DNA from: Harriotta raleighana
Lineage: Eukaryota
Direction: 5' to 3'
Assembly: GCA_050575255.1 (NCBI GenBank)
Contig: JBNZDD010013638.1
Location: 51,530 to 115,529 of the forward strand
DNA: 64,000 bases
Shown: positions 27,376 through 40,985 of the stretch, piece after piece
Layout: the number at the start of each line of letters is the position of its first letter
Numbering within the stretch: the stretch's first letter is position 1
Notes under the pieces: model-generated
Told to the model about the DNA's origin: nothing
Database searches by the model: none
Seen by the model: the letters and a program-made list of their open reading frames with translations, nothing else
Translations under genes and position numbers: made by a program

Positions 27376-28214
27376 GTACGTATCTGAACAAAACCCACTC
27401 GCTTTAACATGTCACATATTCTTAGTCATTCTTTTATCCTGCGATCAGTTAGCTGCCACACAACATAATATAATGCTGAATTAATGTGTTTAATGACTGG
27501 TAGCTATGGACAATACGTTCTGTGTTTCAGCCAGGTAATGCTTGTGGCACTGTTACAATCAGCTGTGTCTTTCGTGTCTGAATAAATAAGTGACATTTCA
27601 TCTTAACTTCATAAAAGGAAATGCAAATCCCGTGTAGATCAACTCGATCGTTGAGTTTTCGGTTAGTGCTAGAATGTCCCGGTTTTCCTCCAGGAAAACA
27701 TAGAAAAACAATTTGTAGTAATGGTAACACATTGTAATGAATTTTGCCCTGTCACTCTCATCTCTCTTTCGCTCTCCCTCGTACACACCCACATACACAC
27801 TGGCCCAATGGTTGGGCCTGAAGGTGCCCTCAGCAGCATTAAGTATTATTACTATTAAACTGACCAAACTAAAAAAAAATCTAGAGTTAAACTGGTACTC
27901 GAGAAGCCAACCCTCCACTGTATGGGTTGGTAAGTTCAATGGTTGCTGTGGTGGTTGGCTTCAAACTCAGCCATTGTAACAGAGTTAGAGCAGGATATAA
28001 CATAGAAGAGTTGGTTACACCAAACATTGACAGAGTGGAATTTTCTACAATGTATATTAACAGAGTTTCCTGTTGGATTTCTTAATAGGAAATAGTGCAA
28101 GACAGACCCCTTTAGTAATACTAATCTAGATTATGTGCAATAATCCTAAATTCGTAATCATGGAATTATACAACAAAGTTACATTTCATGTTGGGAGGAT
28201 GTCCTAAGGTGCTG

Positions 28215-28620
28215 AAGGAGGCCATTCTGTCCATCGTGGCCTATACATCGCAGAAGAAGGTCATTTGTCCCATTGTATCTATGCCGACTCTTTTAAAAGA
28301 GCTATTCAAATCAATCCCACTTCCCTGCTCTCTCCCATATCCCTGCAAACTTGTCCTCCCCAAATAATTATCTATTTCACTTTTAAAAGTTGTTATCCTA
28401 CCGGCTTCCACCATCCTTTTAGATAATTGATTCCAGATCCAAACAACTCACTGTGTGAAAAAAAATTCTATTCACCGCCCATCTGTTTCTTTTAACAACA
28501 ATTGTAAGTTGGTGTTCTTGGGTTCCCGTCACACCAGCCAGTGGAAATCGTTTTTCTTTGTTCACCCTATCGAATCCCCTCACAATTTTGAAAATGTCTA
28601 TTTAATCTTCTCTTAACCTT
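28215..28620 (-). mobile_element. CR1-type LINE 3' fragment (approximate bounds)
   Basis: ggaggccatt...cccat tail, ccactt..ctgctctctcccatatccctgcaa, ccagatcc.aacaactcactgtgtgaaaaaa; similar to 34840-35090. Confidence 0.7.
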
Positions 28621-28659
28621 GGAGGCTTGTTTGACCCTCTTCTATCCTTTCTACCCAAA

Positions 28660-29315
28660 CCCGTGCCATGACCTGCTTTGCATTCCCCCACATCTACAAC
28701 ATTGACCAGCTCCGCCACTGTCAAACCGCAGGTCGCTGAAACACTCATACATGCATTCACAATATTCTGCTTATGACTATGCAAACTCTTTACTTGTCAG
28801 CCTCCCCAACTCCTCCCTCTACAGATCATCCAGAACTCTGCAGCCTATGTCCTCTNCTGCACTAGGGTCCGTGAACATATCACCCCCACCCTCACCTGAT
28901 CACACGCAAAAGATGCAATTCAATATCCTGGTCCTCACCTTCAAGGTCCTCTATGGTCTCGCTCCCCCTACCTCTGCGACTTCCTAACCCCTTATCAACC
29001 TGGCTGCTCCCTCTGCTCAGCGGGCTCTGGCCTACTTCACGTATCTGTCTCGCCCACCCAATCACTGGTAGGTGGGCCTTCAGCCTCTCTGCCTCCATCC
29101 TCTGAAACTCCATCCCGCATTCCTTCCACCTTACCCTATTGCTTGCCTCCTTCAAGACTCACGTTAAGGCCCTCCTCTTCAACTGTGCTTTGGATCAACC
29201 TCCTCCATCCTCCCCAATCCCTAGCCCCAGCTGGGGTCCGAAATACTGTCTGTCCAGTGCCTTGGGATGCCCTCCTGACGTGAAAGGCACTAAACAAATA
29301 TAATTGTTGTTGTTG
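28660..29315 (+). mobile_element. L2 LINE 3' fragment (approximate bounds)
   Basis: DYANSLLVSLPNSSL...QFNILVLTFKVLYGLAP; tail ttgttgttgttg. Confidence 0.85.
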
Positions 29316-32300
29316 ACTCCAGGGAAACCCAGGTTCAAAACCTTCTTTGGGTGCTATAACTGATGTTTCAACAGCACTGAATGGGAAACTAACACAGTAA
29401 AGTTGGTTTCCTGTTTTTCAAAAATAACTTGAAGATTTGCCTCAATCACAGAAGATTAGTAGGAGTTATGGGAGCTGAAATGGCCACTGGGTAGTCTTAG
29501 GAGCAACATAGGTACAGGTGTAGGCCATTCAACCCTTCGAACCGGTTCCACCATATTAGATCATGGCTGATCTGTTCCTCAACTGAATCGTTCAATTCCA
29601 ATTTCCCACTTTCTCCTCATATCCCTTAATACCCTGACCTACCAAAAATCGCATACTGAATTGTTGGGAATAAGGGAAATATCCAATTTAACTTCATAAA
29701 TTGAAAAGCAAATCACATTTAGGTCAAGTCTGCCATAATGAACCTAGTTGACAGACCAATGCACACTGACGTAAAGTAAGGGATGAAGCTTACAGGGCTC
29801 AAGAATACATTAACACAAGGAACATGAAATGCTGCTAACTTTCACCCCAATGATTTTCAGTCAGTTGCTTAATGTCCCCTATGTGCTCTGTTGTTTGACA
29901 ACAACCAGAGATCAAGTCCTAGCTAAATGTTTATGGAATCTTTGGAATCCTTATAAATAAGCGAGTTGCCAAGGAATGTAGCTGTGAAGACATTTTTTAT
30001 ACACAGCTGCGGTTAAAAAAAAAGACAAAAGTTTGGTATCAAAGCCCATTATACTCATTCATTCAGAGATTCAATCCAAACAAAAATGCTGAAACCCAAA
30101 CAAACTTTGAATGGCTGACTCGTGTCTTCATTCAGGAGTCAGTTGACAGCAGTGTACTGACCAGCTGGCAAGCCAAGGTTTGGGACTAGATGGAGAAACC
30201 TGTGCAATCATTACCTGGGTTCATATTATTAATAATATCAGGCGTTTGAATCAGTGATTTACAAGCAGATAATTACCACTAAACTGTTGCATTCACAGAA
30301 CTTTTAGTTGGGTTGTCCCTGGTGGCATAGACCAATTAGGCCGAATGATCCCCATTTTTTGTGAAAATTTTCTTGTATTTATTTCCCCCCAACAATGTAC
30401 TGTAATATGGTTGCTTTCTCCTCTCCTCTTACCTCTGTCAACCACACACAGATAATTTGGGTACTCATCCAAATTATAGGCCACCAAATACCATTATTAA
30501 GTGCCGCACTATAATTTTTCCTCCATGCATGCTCACTGTATTGAAAAAGCAAAATTATTGCATTGTACTATATGCATTCTTTCCCAGATGCAGAATCTAT
30601 ACTGCATACCCAGAATAGAATCATAGAAATTTACATCACACAAGAAGGCTGTTCAGTCCATCAGATCTGCATAGCTCTCAAACCCACTGATCTGCCTTAT
30701 CCCCCTCCCCCCTCAATAATAATAATCCTTGCATTGATATAGTGCCTTAGCACATCATCGAGATGTTTCAAAATGCTTTGCAAGATATACTCTAAATTGG
30801 TTTGACTGTACTTTTGTGTGTGAAACACAGCAGCCAATTGCACATAGCAATATCCCACAAGCAGCTGTGCAGGGAGCGATCAATTTTATTAGGGGATTGT
30901 TGGCCAGGATATCAGGAGCAACTCTTGTCCTTTCAAATTTAGCCATGGGATCTTTAACATCCATTTGAACAGGCAGATTGGCCTTGGTTTAATGTCTCAT
31001 CTGAAGGATGGCAGCTCCAACAATTCTAAGGCAGGGCTAGAAGCTTCCTTCATCCAGCCTCAGGGCAAGAGAGTTCTCGGGCTTTTATACCACATAGGCT
31101 CTGCCCCACTGCTCCTCAGGTGACAGTGAAATACTGTTTGGAGTGACCTCAATCCTAAACACAGGACCGGCTAAACTAGGATTCGTGGGCAGATTCCAAT
31201 ACAGTGATAGAAAATGAATCTGCTTTAAAGACTGTTTCGTTGGCACTGGCTGCTGCTTTGTGGCCACACAATACACAGTTAATTCACTTTGCAATTCACT
31301 TTACATCTTGTGAAGCACTTGAGACATCTCACCGATGCGAGAAGGCGTTTTATCAAACGCAAGGATTATTATTATGATGAACATTTGCGCTAGTCTAGGT
31401 ATGTGCATGTTCAAGTGGTCGTGTGTTTCCAGGTATTTCCTAAGTGAATATTCCTCAATTTATGACACAAATCAAGAAATATTCAATCAAGAACGTTTAG
31501 TTTTAAATTTGTTACAATACTTTGCATTTATAATGCAGCTTTTATGTTGAAAGCAAGTGTCTTTCAAAGCACTTTACAAAAATAAAATGGAGAGCAGTGA
31601 AGTGAATGTTATGTAAGTAAGCACAGCAACTAATTTACACAAGCTAAGTTCCATAAACCACAATACAACCAATTAAATTGGGGGATACATTTGGATTAGG
31701 AGTGCATATAAACCTCTAACAGGAAGGAAGATTTCATTTCTGTGAAAGACCTTTTAAATTCATCAAGATCCCAAGGCAAAACCTACTCTACAGAGAGTTT
31801 TGCTGCTACATAAAGAATAACTTTGGACTGGTAGCCCAATGGAAGGCATCACTAAGTCTAAAAATAGATGGTGAAGGATTAACCTGCTGTTAAAGGCACC
31901 CTCCTAACAAATTGTGGTGCAAGAGACAACAGCAGAGATTTGAACAGAATAGGTGGGTCCTTCAGTCCAGTTGATCTCATCCATTCAGAATACCCACTCT
32001 AATGTATTCGCATTACACAGTCAGGATGCCTAATGAATAGGTCCAGTGACCCTGTGGCTATCACTATTCACGGTAACAGTTTAAGTGGCGGACTGGCTCC
32101 TTGAAAGAGCTTTGGATGTTCATGGAAAAAGGAGGGCATTGACTCGTGGTGGGTGGGGGACAACAATGTCAAAAAGCATAAAACAACATGCAAAGGCCCT
32201 CGCATATTAGTATCATCTGAACCCTGGCACAGCTGGTTCGGACTTGGGTTGAGGGAAACTGGACAGATGGATGGCTTATTACTGGTGGGAGTCCTGTAGC

Positions 32301-35300
32301 TCAGTGGTTGAAGCACTTGCCTCGCAAGCAGGAGACCTGGGTTCGATTCCAGGTAGGGCGAAACCTTTGGCTAGTTTCCTTACTCCACATGCCTGATATT
32401 AATTCTTCAAAAAACAATAATAAATTGGTCACTTAATTGCACGACTGTTTGCGGGACACTGTTGTACACAATTGGCTGCTGTGTTTCACCCAAGAAAGAG
32501 AAAGAAAAGGAGAGAGAGAAAAAGTATAAATGACCCGTGAGACTCTGGGCAGTAATTCAAGCCCGTAGCTCTGTTGACCATGTATACTGCAGGAGCTTTG
32601 TTTTTTTTTTGCAATTTATGACATGATCAGAGCCGCTCAATTGAATTACTGACCTGCAACTCATTGCCAGCTTCCTGCTATCATATCCCTCGAGTCCTGT
32701 GTCATAAAACCACTCGTGTCCATTGACTCACTGGTTTGATGTAATTGAATCCCTTATTTCAATTACCATCTTGCAATTCACTCAGGATGATCCATTACAC
32801 TCAATTTCATTCTTAAATTATCTATAAACTGTATAATGTTTTCCTTGAATTGCATTGAATTGCTTTCGTATAAAAGACATTAAAACCACCCTGCAGTTTT
32901 TTTAAAACAAAAACATTATATTAATCCACAAATTTGTATCATTCAAACAACCACTGTTTGTGGGACACCGCTGTGTGCAATTGGCTGCTGCGTTTCGCCC
33001 ACAAATATACAGGAAATTCACTTTACAGTATATACTTTGAGACATCTAGAAGACGTGACATAGCGCTATATCAAATACAACTATTATTCTGATCATTAAC
33101 TATACCCAGTGTCTGATGTACACCTGCAGACAGACTGTAAACAATGAGATTTAATCTGCAGTGATTTTTAATGGGACTCCCTAATAAGGAATATGAGTGT
33201 AATAGTAATTCTTGCATTTGATATAGTGCCTTTTTCATGTCTTCTAGACTTCAGTAATCAGTGTCCAGTAATCAGAGGGTAAAAAACTTGTATCATACGA
33301 ACTCTTAGAAATGTGGTTTCTAAATTACATTTGGAATAGAGTTCCCATGAGTCACCTGCCACCTTTCAGGCTCTGTGTCTAACCCATATGTCTTACCCAT
33401 TAGGTAAGCAGGGTGTGTCTCCCTAGGGAAATAAGTCATGCCCCACAACAGACAAATATAAAGAAATACAATTCCCAGTCTGGTTTGCAGACATATAAGC
33501 ATTCAAGCATAATTTTTTTTTGCATAGCTGCCCCCCTCCCTTTTATTTATCAGTAAAGCTAGTTAGAAATCACTTCGTATTAGACTCTGAATATAAATAT
33601 TTAGTAACATTCTGGAGTGGTTCCATTCTACACACTAATAGTGTTAATGATCAAAATAGGTCTGAAGCCCCACAGAAGTAAATTTTGTCAAGCACTCTAT
33701 GGCTTCTCCCTCTTCTCACTGGGGGGAGAGGCAGAGGGGGAGGGATGTGGGACGTGGGGGGGAATTACTCGTACCTCTAAGCCTGAGGGGATAATGTTTA
33801 CAACATCATTTTATTGCTCTGAGTAACAAATGCAGCACAGCTGCCAGACCTTAATACCAATTTATTTAAATGCTAGTTGTTGTTGTATCATTGTCTTTGC
33901 CCTTGAGGCAGCAATCCAGGTAAGGAACAATGGTGTTTAACTTGCGGTTGAATTTTATAATGTACCAATTTGGAATTGGGGATCAGACTCCATGGCTTGA
34001 TTGGCCTCTTCCTGTATTCCTATGTTCTTCGGGTGAGATGTTAAACTGGGGCCCTATCTCCCTGTTCAGGTGGACCATAAAGGTCCCATGTCACTATTCG
34101 AAACGAGAAGGGAGTTTATTTTGGTGTCCTGGCCAACCATCCCCCAGATAAAATTGAACATTTATTTTACGGCTGTTTGTAGGATATACAAAGAAGTGGG
34201 GTGGAACAGAGCTGTAAGGGAGTGGGTGGTGGTGAGAGGGAACAAGTTGCTGCACTCCATACTTCATATTGAGACCAATAGCAGATTTGTCCATTTCAAC
34301 ACTGTAGTCTTTCTGCAGATTTCAGGAAAGTGAGACACTGAATTCAACAAGGACCACTTGTGAAACAAATGGCAGATCTGAAGAACATATGGTTTAGTGA
34401 AAAGGCAGCTGGCTAACTCTCTTAAAGCACTGACAGACTTTCTAATGAGGCAACCTGCGTTTTCAATTTCAAACAAAAAGCATTTGGGTTGTTTTTCAAA
34501 GTATGAACAGTTTGCAGTGCTTGTTTGTGAGAATGGAGTGGTTAGAGCAAACACCTTAAAGTGAGAGGACCTGGGTTTGATTACCGGGAATGGCGAAACA
34601 CTGACAAATCACCTTACTCCATATAGCTGTGTTAAGTAAGAACCTGGTTGCTGGTCGATATCTTTTCAGGAGAATAATCCCATAATAAAATAATGATAAT
34701 TTGTTCATTCAATCCATGACTGTTTGTGGGAAGCACACAATTGGTTGCCACATTTTGCCCACAAAAAATACACAGTCACTTCAATTTCCAGTACATTCTG
34801 TGAAACTCTGTAACACATCAACTGCAAGGATTTATTCATAGAATATTAGGGCACAGAAGGAGACCATTCGGCCCATCGAGTCTGTGTCGGCTCTTTGACA
34901 GAGCAATGTCACTTTCATTAACCCCAATCACCAGCTTTCTCCCCATAACCCTGCAAACCCGTCTTCCCCAGATACCTATTCAGTTCTCTCTTAAAAGCTG
35001 CTATCGAATCGGACCTCACTACCCTTTCAAGCAGATCATTCCAAATTCGAAAAACTCGCTGAGTGAAAAAGTTTCTTCTAACCACATTATTCTATCAAAG
35101 CATCTCACAAAAAGTTTCCCAAGTAATTGCTGACAGGTTTACTGATATTGTCCAAGCGAATGTATCAAGATCCCCACAAACAGCTATGAAATGAATGATC
35201 AATTTATCTGGAGAATTGTTGGCCTGGATAGAGGCAGAATCTTCCTTCCCTTTGAATAGTGCCATGACATTTTTGGCAACCACCTAACAGTGAGGATGGT

Positions 35301-35340
35301 TTAACGTCTCTTTGAAAGGATGGCGCACCTCCAATATTGA

Positions 35341-35668
35341 AATAATAATAATAATCCTTGCATTTGATATAGCACTTTTCACTTCTTCTTGACAACTCCC
35401 AAGCATTTCAGAGAATATACGGTAAAGTGAATTGACTGTACTGTATATTTGTGGGCAAAATGTGGCAGCCAATTGTGCACAGCAGTGTCCCACAAGTAGT
35501 CGTGGATCAAAAATGACTAATTTATTATAGTCTTTTTTTTGACGGATTATTATTAGGATGGGGAGTAAGGAAACTTGCACAAAGTTTCGCCCTGACCTGC
35601 CTGGATTCGAAACACAGGTCTCTCTCTTGTAAGGCGAGTGCTCTAACCACCGAGCTACAGGAGCTCCA
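35341..35668 (-). mobile_element. Full-length young tRNA-derived SINE
   Basis: From the (aat)n tail to ggattcgaa...ctctaaccaccgagctacaggagctcca. Confidence 0.88.
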
Positions 35669-38359
35669 ATATGAATTCCTTTGTAATTTAATTTGTCATT
35701 TCAACAACTAACTTTGGGATTCAATGAATAATATGGTTACAAAAATATTTGCTCAATGGAATGTAGTGGTTCCTAACACAGATGCATCCAGGGTATTCGA
35801 GGACACGTGTTGGCTCCGATTTTTCCCATTCAGTTCTTGCTAACCCCGTGTCAGCCCGGGCTGTGAGCTCAAGTACCAAATGAAGGGTTTGAATATATAA
35901 TCCTTGGACTCAACAGCAAGAGCTGTTGACCCACCAAAGTTGCCAATTAAAGAAACAAAGAGAAACTGGGCCTTCATTAAGTTTGTAACCGTACTCCTAT
36001 AAAACTGTACTCCTCCGTAAGGACACAAAACTGCAGTTGCACTTAAAGGTTTGAAAGCGCTATTTGATTCAGTCTGTAGTGGGTATAATTTTCTCTTTTG
36101 GCTGTGCATCTCTGCAGTTGCATCCTTCAGATCTTACCCATCAAAGAAGTGATGGATGTTCTCAGTGAACAGGTGTGTGTTTTACGCGCATTTTGGCTTT
36201 TGATGCACCAAAACAGATGTAACCCAATATTATAGTTTACAACATGTTAAAAGACATTGTATTGCAGAGCACACAAAGCAACAATAAATAAAGACTTTGA
36301 AGTTTCAAAAATGGATGTTTCTTAAACTGGGTTAACACAGAATAGTGCCCTTTGTAAATTAAACCTGTTTTTTAAAAAAAATCACAGCATCTCCACAGAG
36401 GCTTTGTGTCCAGCGTTATATGGGAAGAGACTGTGATTTAAAGGGGTCCCAGTTACCCATCTCTTTCCACCTGTTGCTGTAACTGTGGCCAGGTAATGCT
36501 CGAGTGCTGCGTTCCTTGTTCTCTCATCTCATCCTTTGCATCCTCTCTACCCTGTAATACTTGGATTCAGCGCAGAGGCAAGTTAGTTTTGAGGAACACT
36601 TTGTTCCTAATCTATTCCACGATATAGTTTCATAACCATTGGCACAGACACACAGCATATGGTTTGTACAAAATCTTTTGAGCATTCATTAATTCAGTTT
36701 GTCTGGGTTTGCAAGCTAAGCATCAGAACCACCGGTTGAGAGGATCATGACGTCACAGTCTGTGGCTCTTTAAACAAAGAGTTGAAGGATTATGATTAAA
36801 GTCTTATCCGAATTCCACTTTTTGTGGCAAATCCATGCAGCCAAATTGTAATGTTTAGGTTACAAACAAATGCAAATCACTTGTTAGGCATAAGGCAAAT
36901 ATACTAAACTCCCCAACAATCCCCCAAGTATATTTCTTACAGAAAGTCAAATGCAACCTAATGGTTTGGCAATTGTTTTCCCTTGGAAAGACCAGAGCAG
37001 ATGTAACATAGACAAGCTGATAACAATTTGCATTGGGAGATTGACTCAAAACACTTTACAAAGACTTCAGTCAGAGCCCAAGCTGGGTTAGGGAAGATGC
37101 TTGAAAACATAGTCAAATAGGTTTTCATGGTGCATTTGAAAGCAGAGAGAAGGGGGGAGATTAAATGATTTCAGAAAAGAATTCCAGAAAATACAGAAAC
37201 CTGGTTTAGTATCTGCATCACTTTATGAGAGACCAGTATGGACAACAAGAATCTGGTAGAATTTGCAAAGCAACAAAAAAAGATTTTGCTAAACATCTTC
37301 CTTGTGAAGACGATGCTGCTTTCATCAAATGAAATTGCAATAACCAAACATAAATTTTAGTTATTTCAAATTGTGCACACAGGAACAGTTACGTAGTGTT
37401 TTGAACTCGCCTTTATTCAATACTATTTTTGCAATCACCATTGTATTTTTAAAGAAGGGAAGAAAAAATCTTATTGTGAAAAATGTTGAAGATGGTTTTA
37501 GCTCCACCCACTGGCAAGCTCTGGAAATGCACAAATTGTAGTTTTCAGATGGCCTCCGCTTAAGGTTGCTTTTGCCAAACAAACTTCATGACACCCTGCA
37601 GGATATTGTACTTACATCCTGTATATATCCTCCAATAATGGGCTGATACAAGAGGGATGGTAGGGTAGGGGATCCAACTCATCACTCAGTGTCCCTGCCA
37701 TCAAGGATGATGCTCTTCAAACATATCAATAAAATTTCACATAGTAAAATATATCCCCTGTGCACTCTGCGTAGCTAATATGTAAGCCAATTCATAAATT
37801 GAACCAACTATAGGTCACCCACTATTTCACCCAATTCAATAAGATGTATTTATGTAAGGTAAAGTGGTTGCCCACGGAACTGTCAGCTCGGTGCATTACC
37901 TCACTGCGTTAATTGTGTACTGCAGAGTGTAGCTATAGCAGGTTGAGGATACAGCAGATTGGGTCTTGGAATAATACAAGACATAGTGGTACAGTGGGGA
38001 GATGACATATAGAGACCAGGGGCTTCATTATTCCATACCCTGATAATAATCCCTCAAAAAACCCTAAAATAAATTGGTCATTTCAATCCGCGACTGTTTG
38101 TGAGACACTGCTGTGCACAATACGCTGCCATGTTTTACCCACATATATACAACAACAACAACTTCGATTTATATAACTCCCTCCACACTGGATGGCGTCT
38201 CAGAGTGCTTGAAGTCAATTCACAGTCAATTCACTTTAAAGTATATTCTGTGAAGCGCTTTAAGACGTCTAGAAGATGTGAAAAACCCTACATCAAATGC
38301 AAGGATTATTATTTTAAATATTATTGTATACAGAACAAGTACTGTATTTAACTTTATTT

Positions 38360-38557
38360 AGACATCCAGAAGATCAGGGTGAGCACCATATTTTCAACGC
38401 AGTTAATGCTTTTTTGCCTTGTTCTATGCAACATTGTCCGTAACATGATGGAGAGATGAGATGAAATACATGTCTGACAGCTTGTTTCAGCTCCTCTGTA
38501 GGCTCATATCTCATAGCTGTTTTGTAACGGGGTAAGAAGATTTTGCGGACACCTGTA
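38360..38557 (-). mobile_element. Tc1/mariner relic with one TIR-like end and a transposase C-terminal remnant
   Basis: Reverse complement begins tacaggtgtccgcaaaatc; reads TEELKQAVRHVFHLISP, resembling the helical C-terminus of Tc1/mariner transposases. Confidence 0.45.
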
Positions 38558-39273
38558 CAAGGAAAGAAGGCTGCTAAAAGCCATAGAAGCCTAGAACTCC
38601 ACAATCTAGTAGGAAGTGATTTGACCCATTGTGTTAATATCAGCGATAAAGCAAGTGATTAAATCATTTCATTTCCAAGATTATTCAAAACATACGAGAA
38701 AACACACATGATGTACCTGATTTTAGCTGTATCCCTGTGTCTTTTAGAGAAAAAAAACGTAACTACTGGGATTGATCAGTCTAGAACTGTGACAAAATAA
38801 AGGTGACAGGACGGGCTATTAACATGTTTCCTGTAGATGATACACTTCTGCACAATCATTCCTCCAAACTAGATGTGAGGGCAAAACACTGTACCCAATG
38901 GGAATTCCTGTCAGTGTAGGTTTACTTTAAAATAAATCTTGGTTGATCACAGCCCACACAGCTTACTGTGTCATTGCTCTCCAATTTGTTGGGAACTGCA
39001 GTAATCGTTATTTCCAGAAAAAATTATTTGGTTGCCACGGTGATCACAGTTGTGTTATATTACTGTATAGCTAAATGCTGAGATAGCTCGATTGTAAAGT
39101 GCCACAAGTTATTCATCTCACAGACTCTTTAATTTACTTCACATCAGTCTTCCAGACTTCATTAACTATCAATATATTCCAATCACATTAGGAAGCCTTG
39201 GTTAGCTTGAAGCTGGGCAGATACAAACTTGCAAAAGACTAACATGCTCTCTTTCTCCCCTGACTGTGTACAG

Positions 39274-39303
39274 AAAGAGATGACAGCACGAATATGCCAC
39301 TGA
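39274..39303 (+). CDS. MOB3B: MOB3B last coding exon (KEMTARICH*)
   Basis: Acceptor ctctctttctcccctgactgtgtacag, then AAA GAG ATG ACA GCA CGA ATA TGC CAC TGA. 418+203+30=651 nt, i.e. 216 aa plus stop, consistent with the MOB3 C-terminus (KEMTxxxCH). Confidence 0.93.
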   Translation, partial: KEMTARICH

Positions 39304-40494
39304 AGTACTGCCTCTACAAAAGAAGATGTTATGGATAGTCCAGTTACCTGCAGACTCTACTGTGTACCCGCACGCAGCAAATATATTGGCTCTCTACTCA
39401 TCTCTATGACCCCACAATCGAGAGAGTCAAAGACGGAGCTTTGTTCAGTGATGGCCTCCAATAAATATTTCTTCTGCGTCTCACTAATCGTGAATGTGAA
39501 CATTAAGCAGCACAAATACTATAAGAAAAAATGCCTATATTTACATGATTCATCTCTTTTTCATTCAGCAAGGTTCAAGACAGAGACTAAAGAGAAGCAT
39601 GTCTGAAATCAGCTTTGAACCTTTCTGACTGAGGTGCAATCAAGCTCTGAAATACAAGAGCATTAACTTGCATTTATATAGCACCCTTTACACCGGACAG
39701 AGTCTTGGAGCGTATTCTGAAGAACTCTGAGGCAGAAAATCCAGTCTGAAAGACCCATTTTGACCCCATTTCTCCCAACTTTTCATTCTCAATTTCCATT
39801 CCACTGGATCCAATTATCCATTTTTTTTAAAAAAAAGTTGGGTTCACATGTATTTTTCGGTTGCAAAGCCCCGGCTTCATTTCACCCTTGCTCTTGCCTT
39901 AAATGAACAACAGGCTTGTACCAGTTCATCGGGATTAGTTAAAGAACAGATCCACTGGTGGAGTTAGGTTCTCAGGCACCAATCAAACTCTGTGTCAATG
40001 CCTGAGCTGCGGAGGTTTGCTTCCAGGGAATTAGCTACATAGTAGAGCAATCTCAATTTTGCTCCATCATTTCTGGATTCATACTCTTATTATTTAATGG
40101 AGATCAGTTAATGAGATGTTTGTCTTGTGATGGAAAATGCGTGGAGTAAGAGGGTACTGGGTGATAGAGTCTATTTTCACCTCTGGGAGCTGGCTTCAAA
40201 TCCATCAGAGGCTGATAGAATGAACACCCCCCTTTATTCTTTACTCCGCAAAATAGCCAAGAATTTTCCAGTCCAGTTGTTTTTAATTTAAGTCATTCTG
40301 GAAATAGAGTGTGTAAAACAGAAATGTCACATTGGCACATTTCCGAGCCATTTCTGATTAGACATGTCTGTTTTAGTTTGAGTATTTTTTTCTTAATTAG
40401 AAGGTAATAAATGACCCTTTGTCACCCATTGTCCCCAAACATATAACACTGTGCTGAATTTTGGGAACCAGCCTTAAATTCAGGTTTAATATGG

Positions 40495-40985
40495 AATTTG
40501 ACCACATCATCTCCACTGGCTCCCCATCCCCCAGAGGATCGAATTCAAGATCCTCATCTTTACCTACAAGGCCATTCAAGGCCTTGCTTCCTCCTATCGC
40601 TCCGACCTACTATCCCCCTATCTACCTGCCCGTACCCTCCGTTCCTCTGGCTCTGGTCTGCTCCACATCCCCTGCCCTAACCGCCCTACCATTGGCGGCC
40701 GGGCTTTCATCCGCTCAGCCCCCAGGCTCTGGAACTCCATCCCCCAGTGCCTTCGCCTCGCTTCCTCCCTTTCCTCCTTCAAGGCCGGTCTCAATACCTT
40801 TCTCTTCGACCGTGCCTTCAGCTCCCCTCTCGACTCTCTACCCCCTCCTCGCTCCCACCACCCCCCCCCCTCGCTCTGAACATCTCCCCCTGCTCGGGTC
40901 TTAAACCAACTGTCCAGCGCCTTGGGACATCCTCCTACGTGAAACGTGCTCTATAAATGCAATTTTGTTATTGTTATTGTTGTTG
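40495..40985 (+). mobile_element. L2 LINE 3' fragment, possibly inside the MOB3B 3' UTR
   Basis: ctccactggctccccatcccccagaggatcgaattcaagatcctc (LHWLPIPQRIEFKIL); complete tail. Confidence 0.9.
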
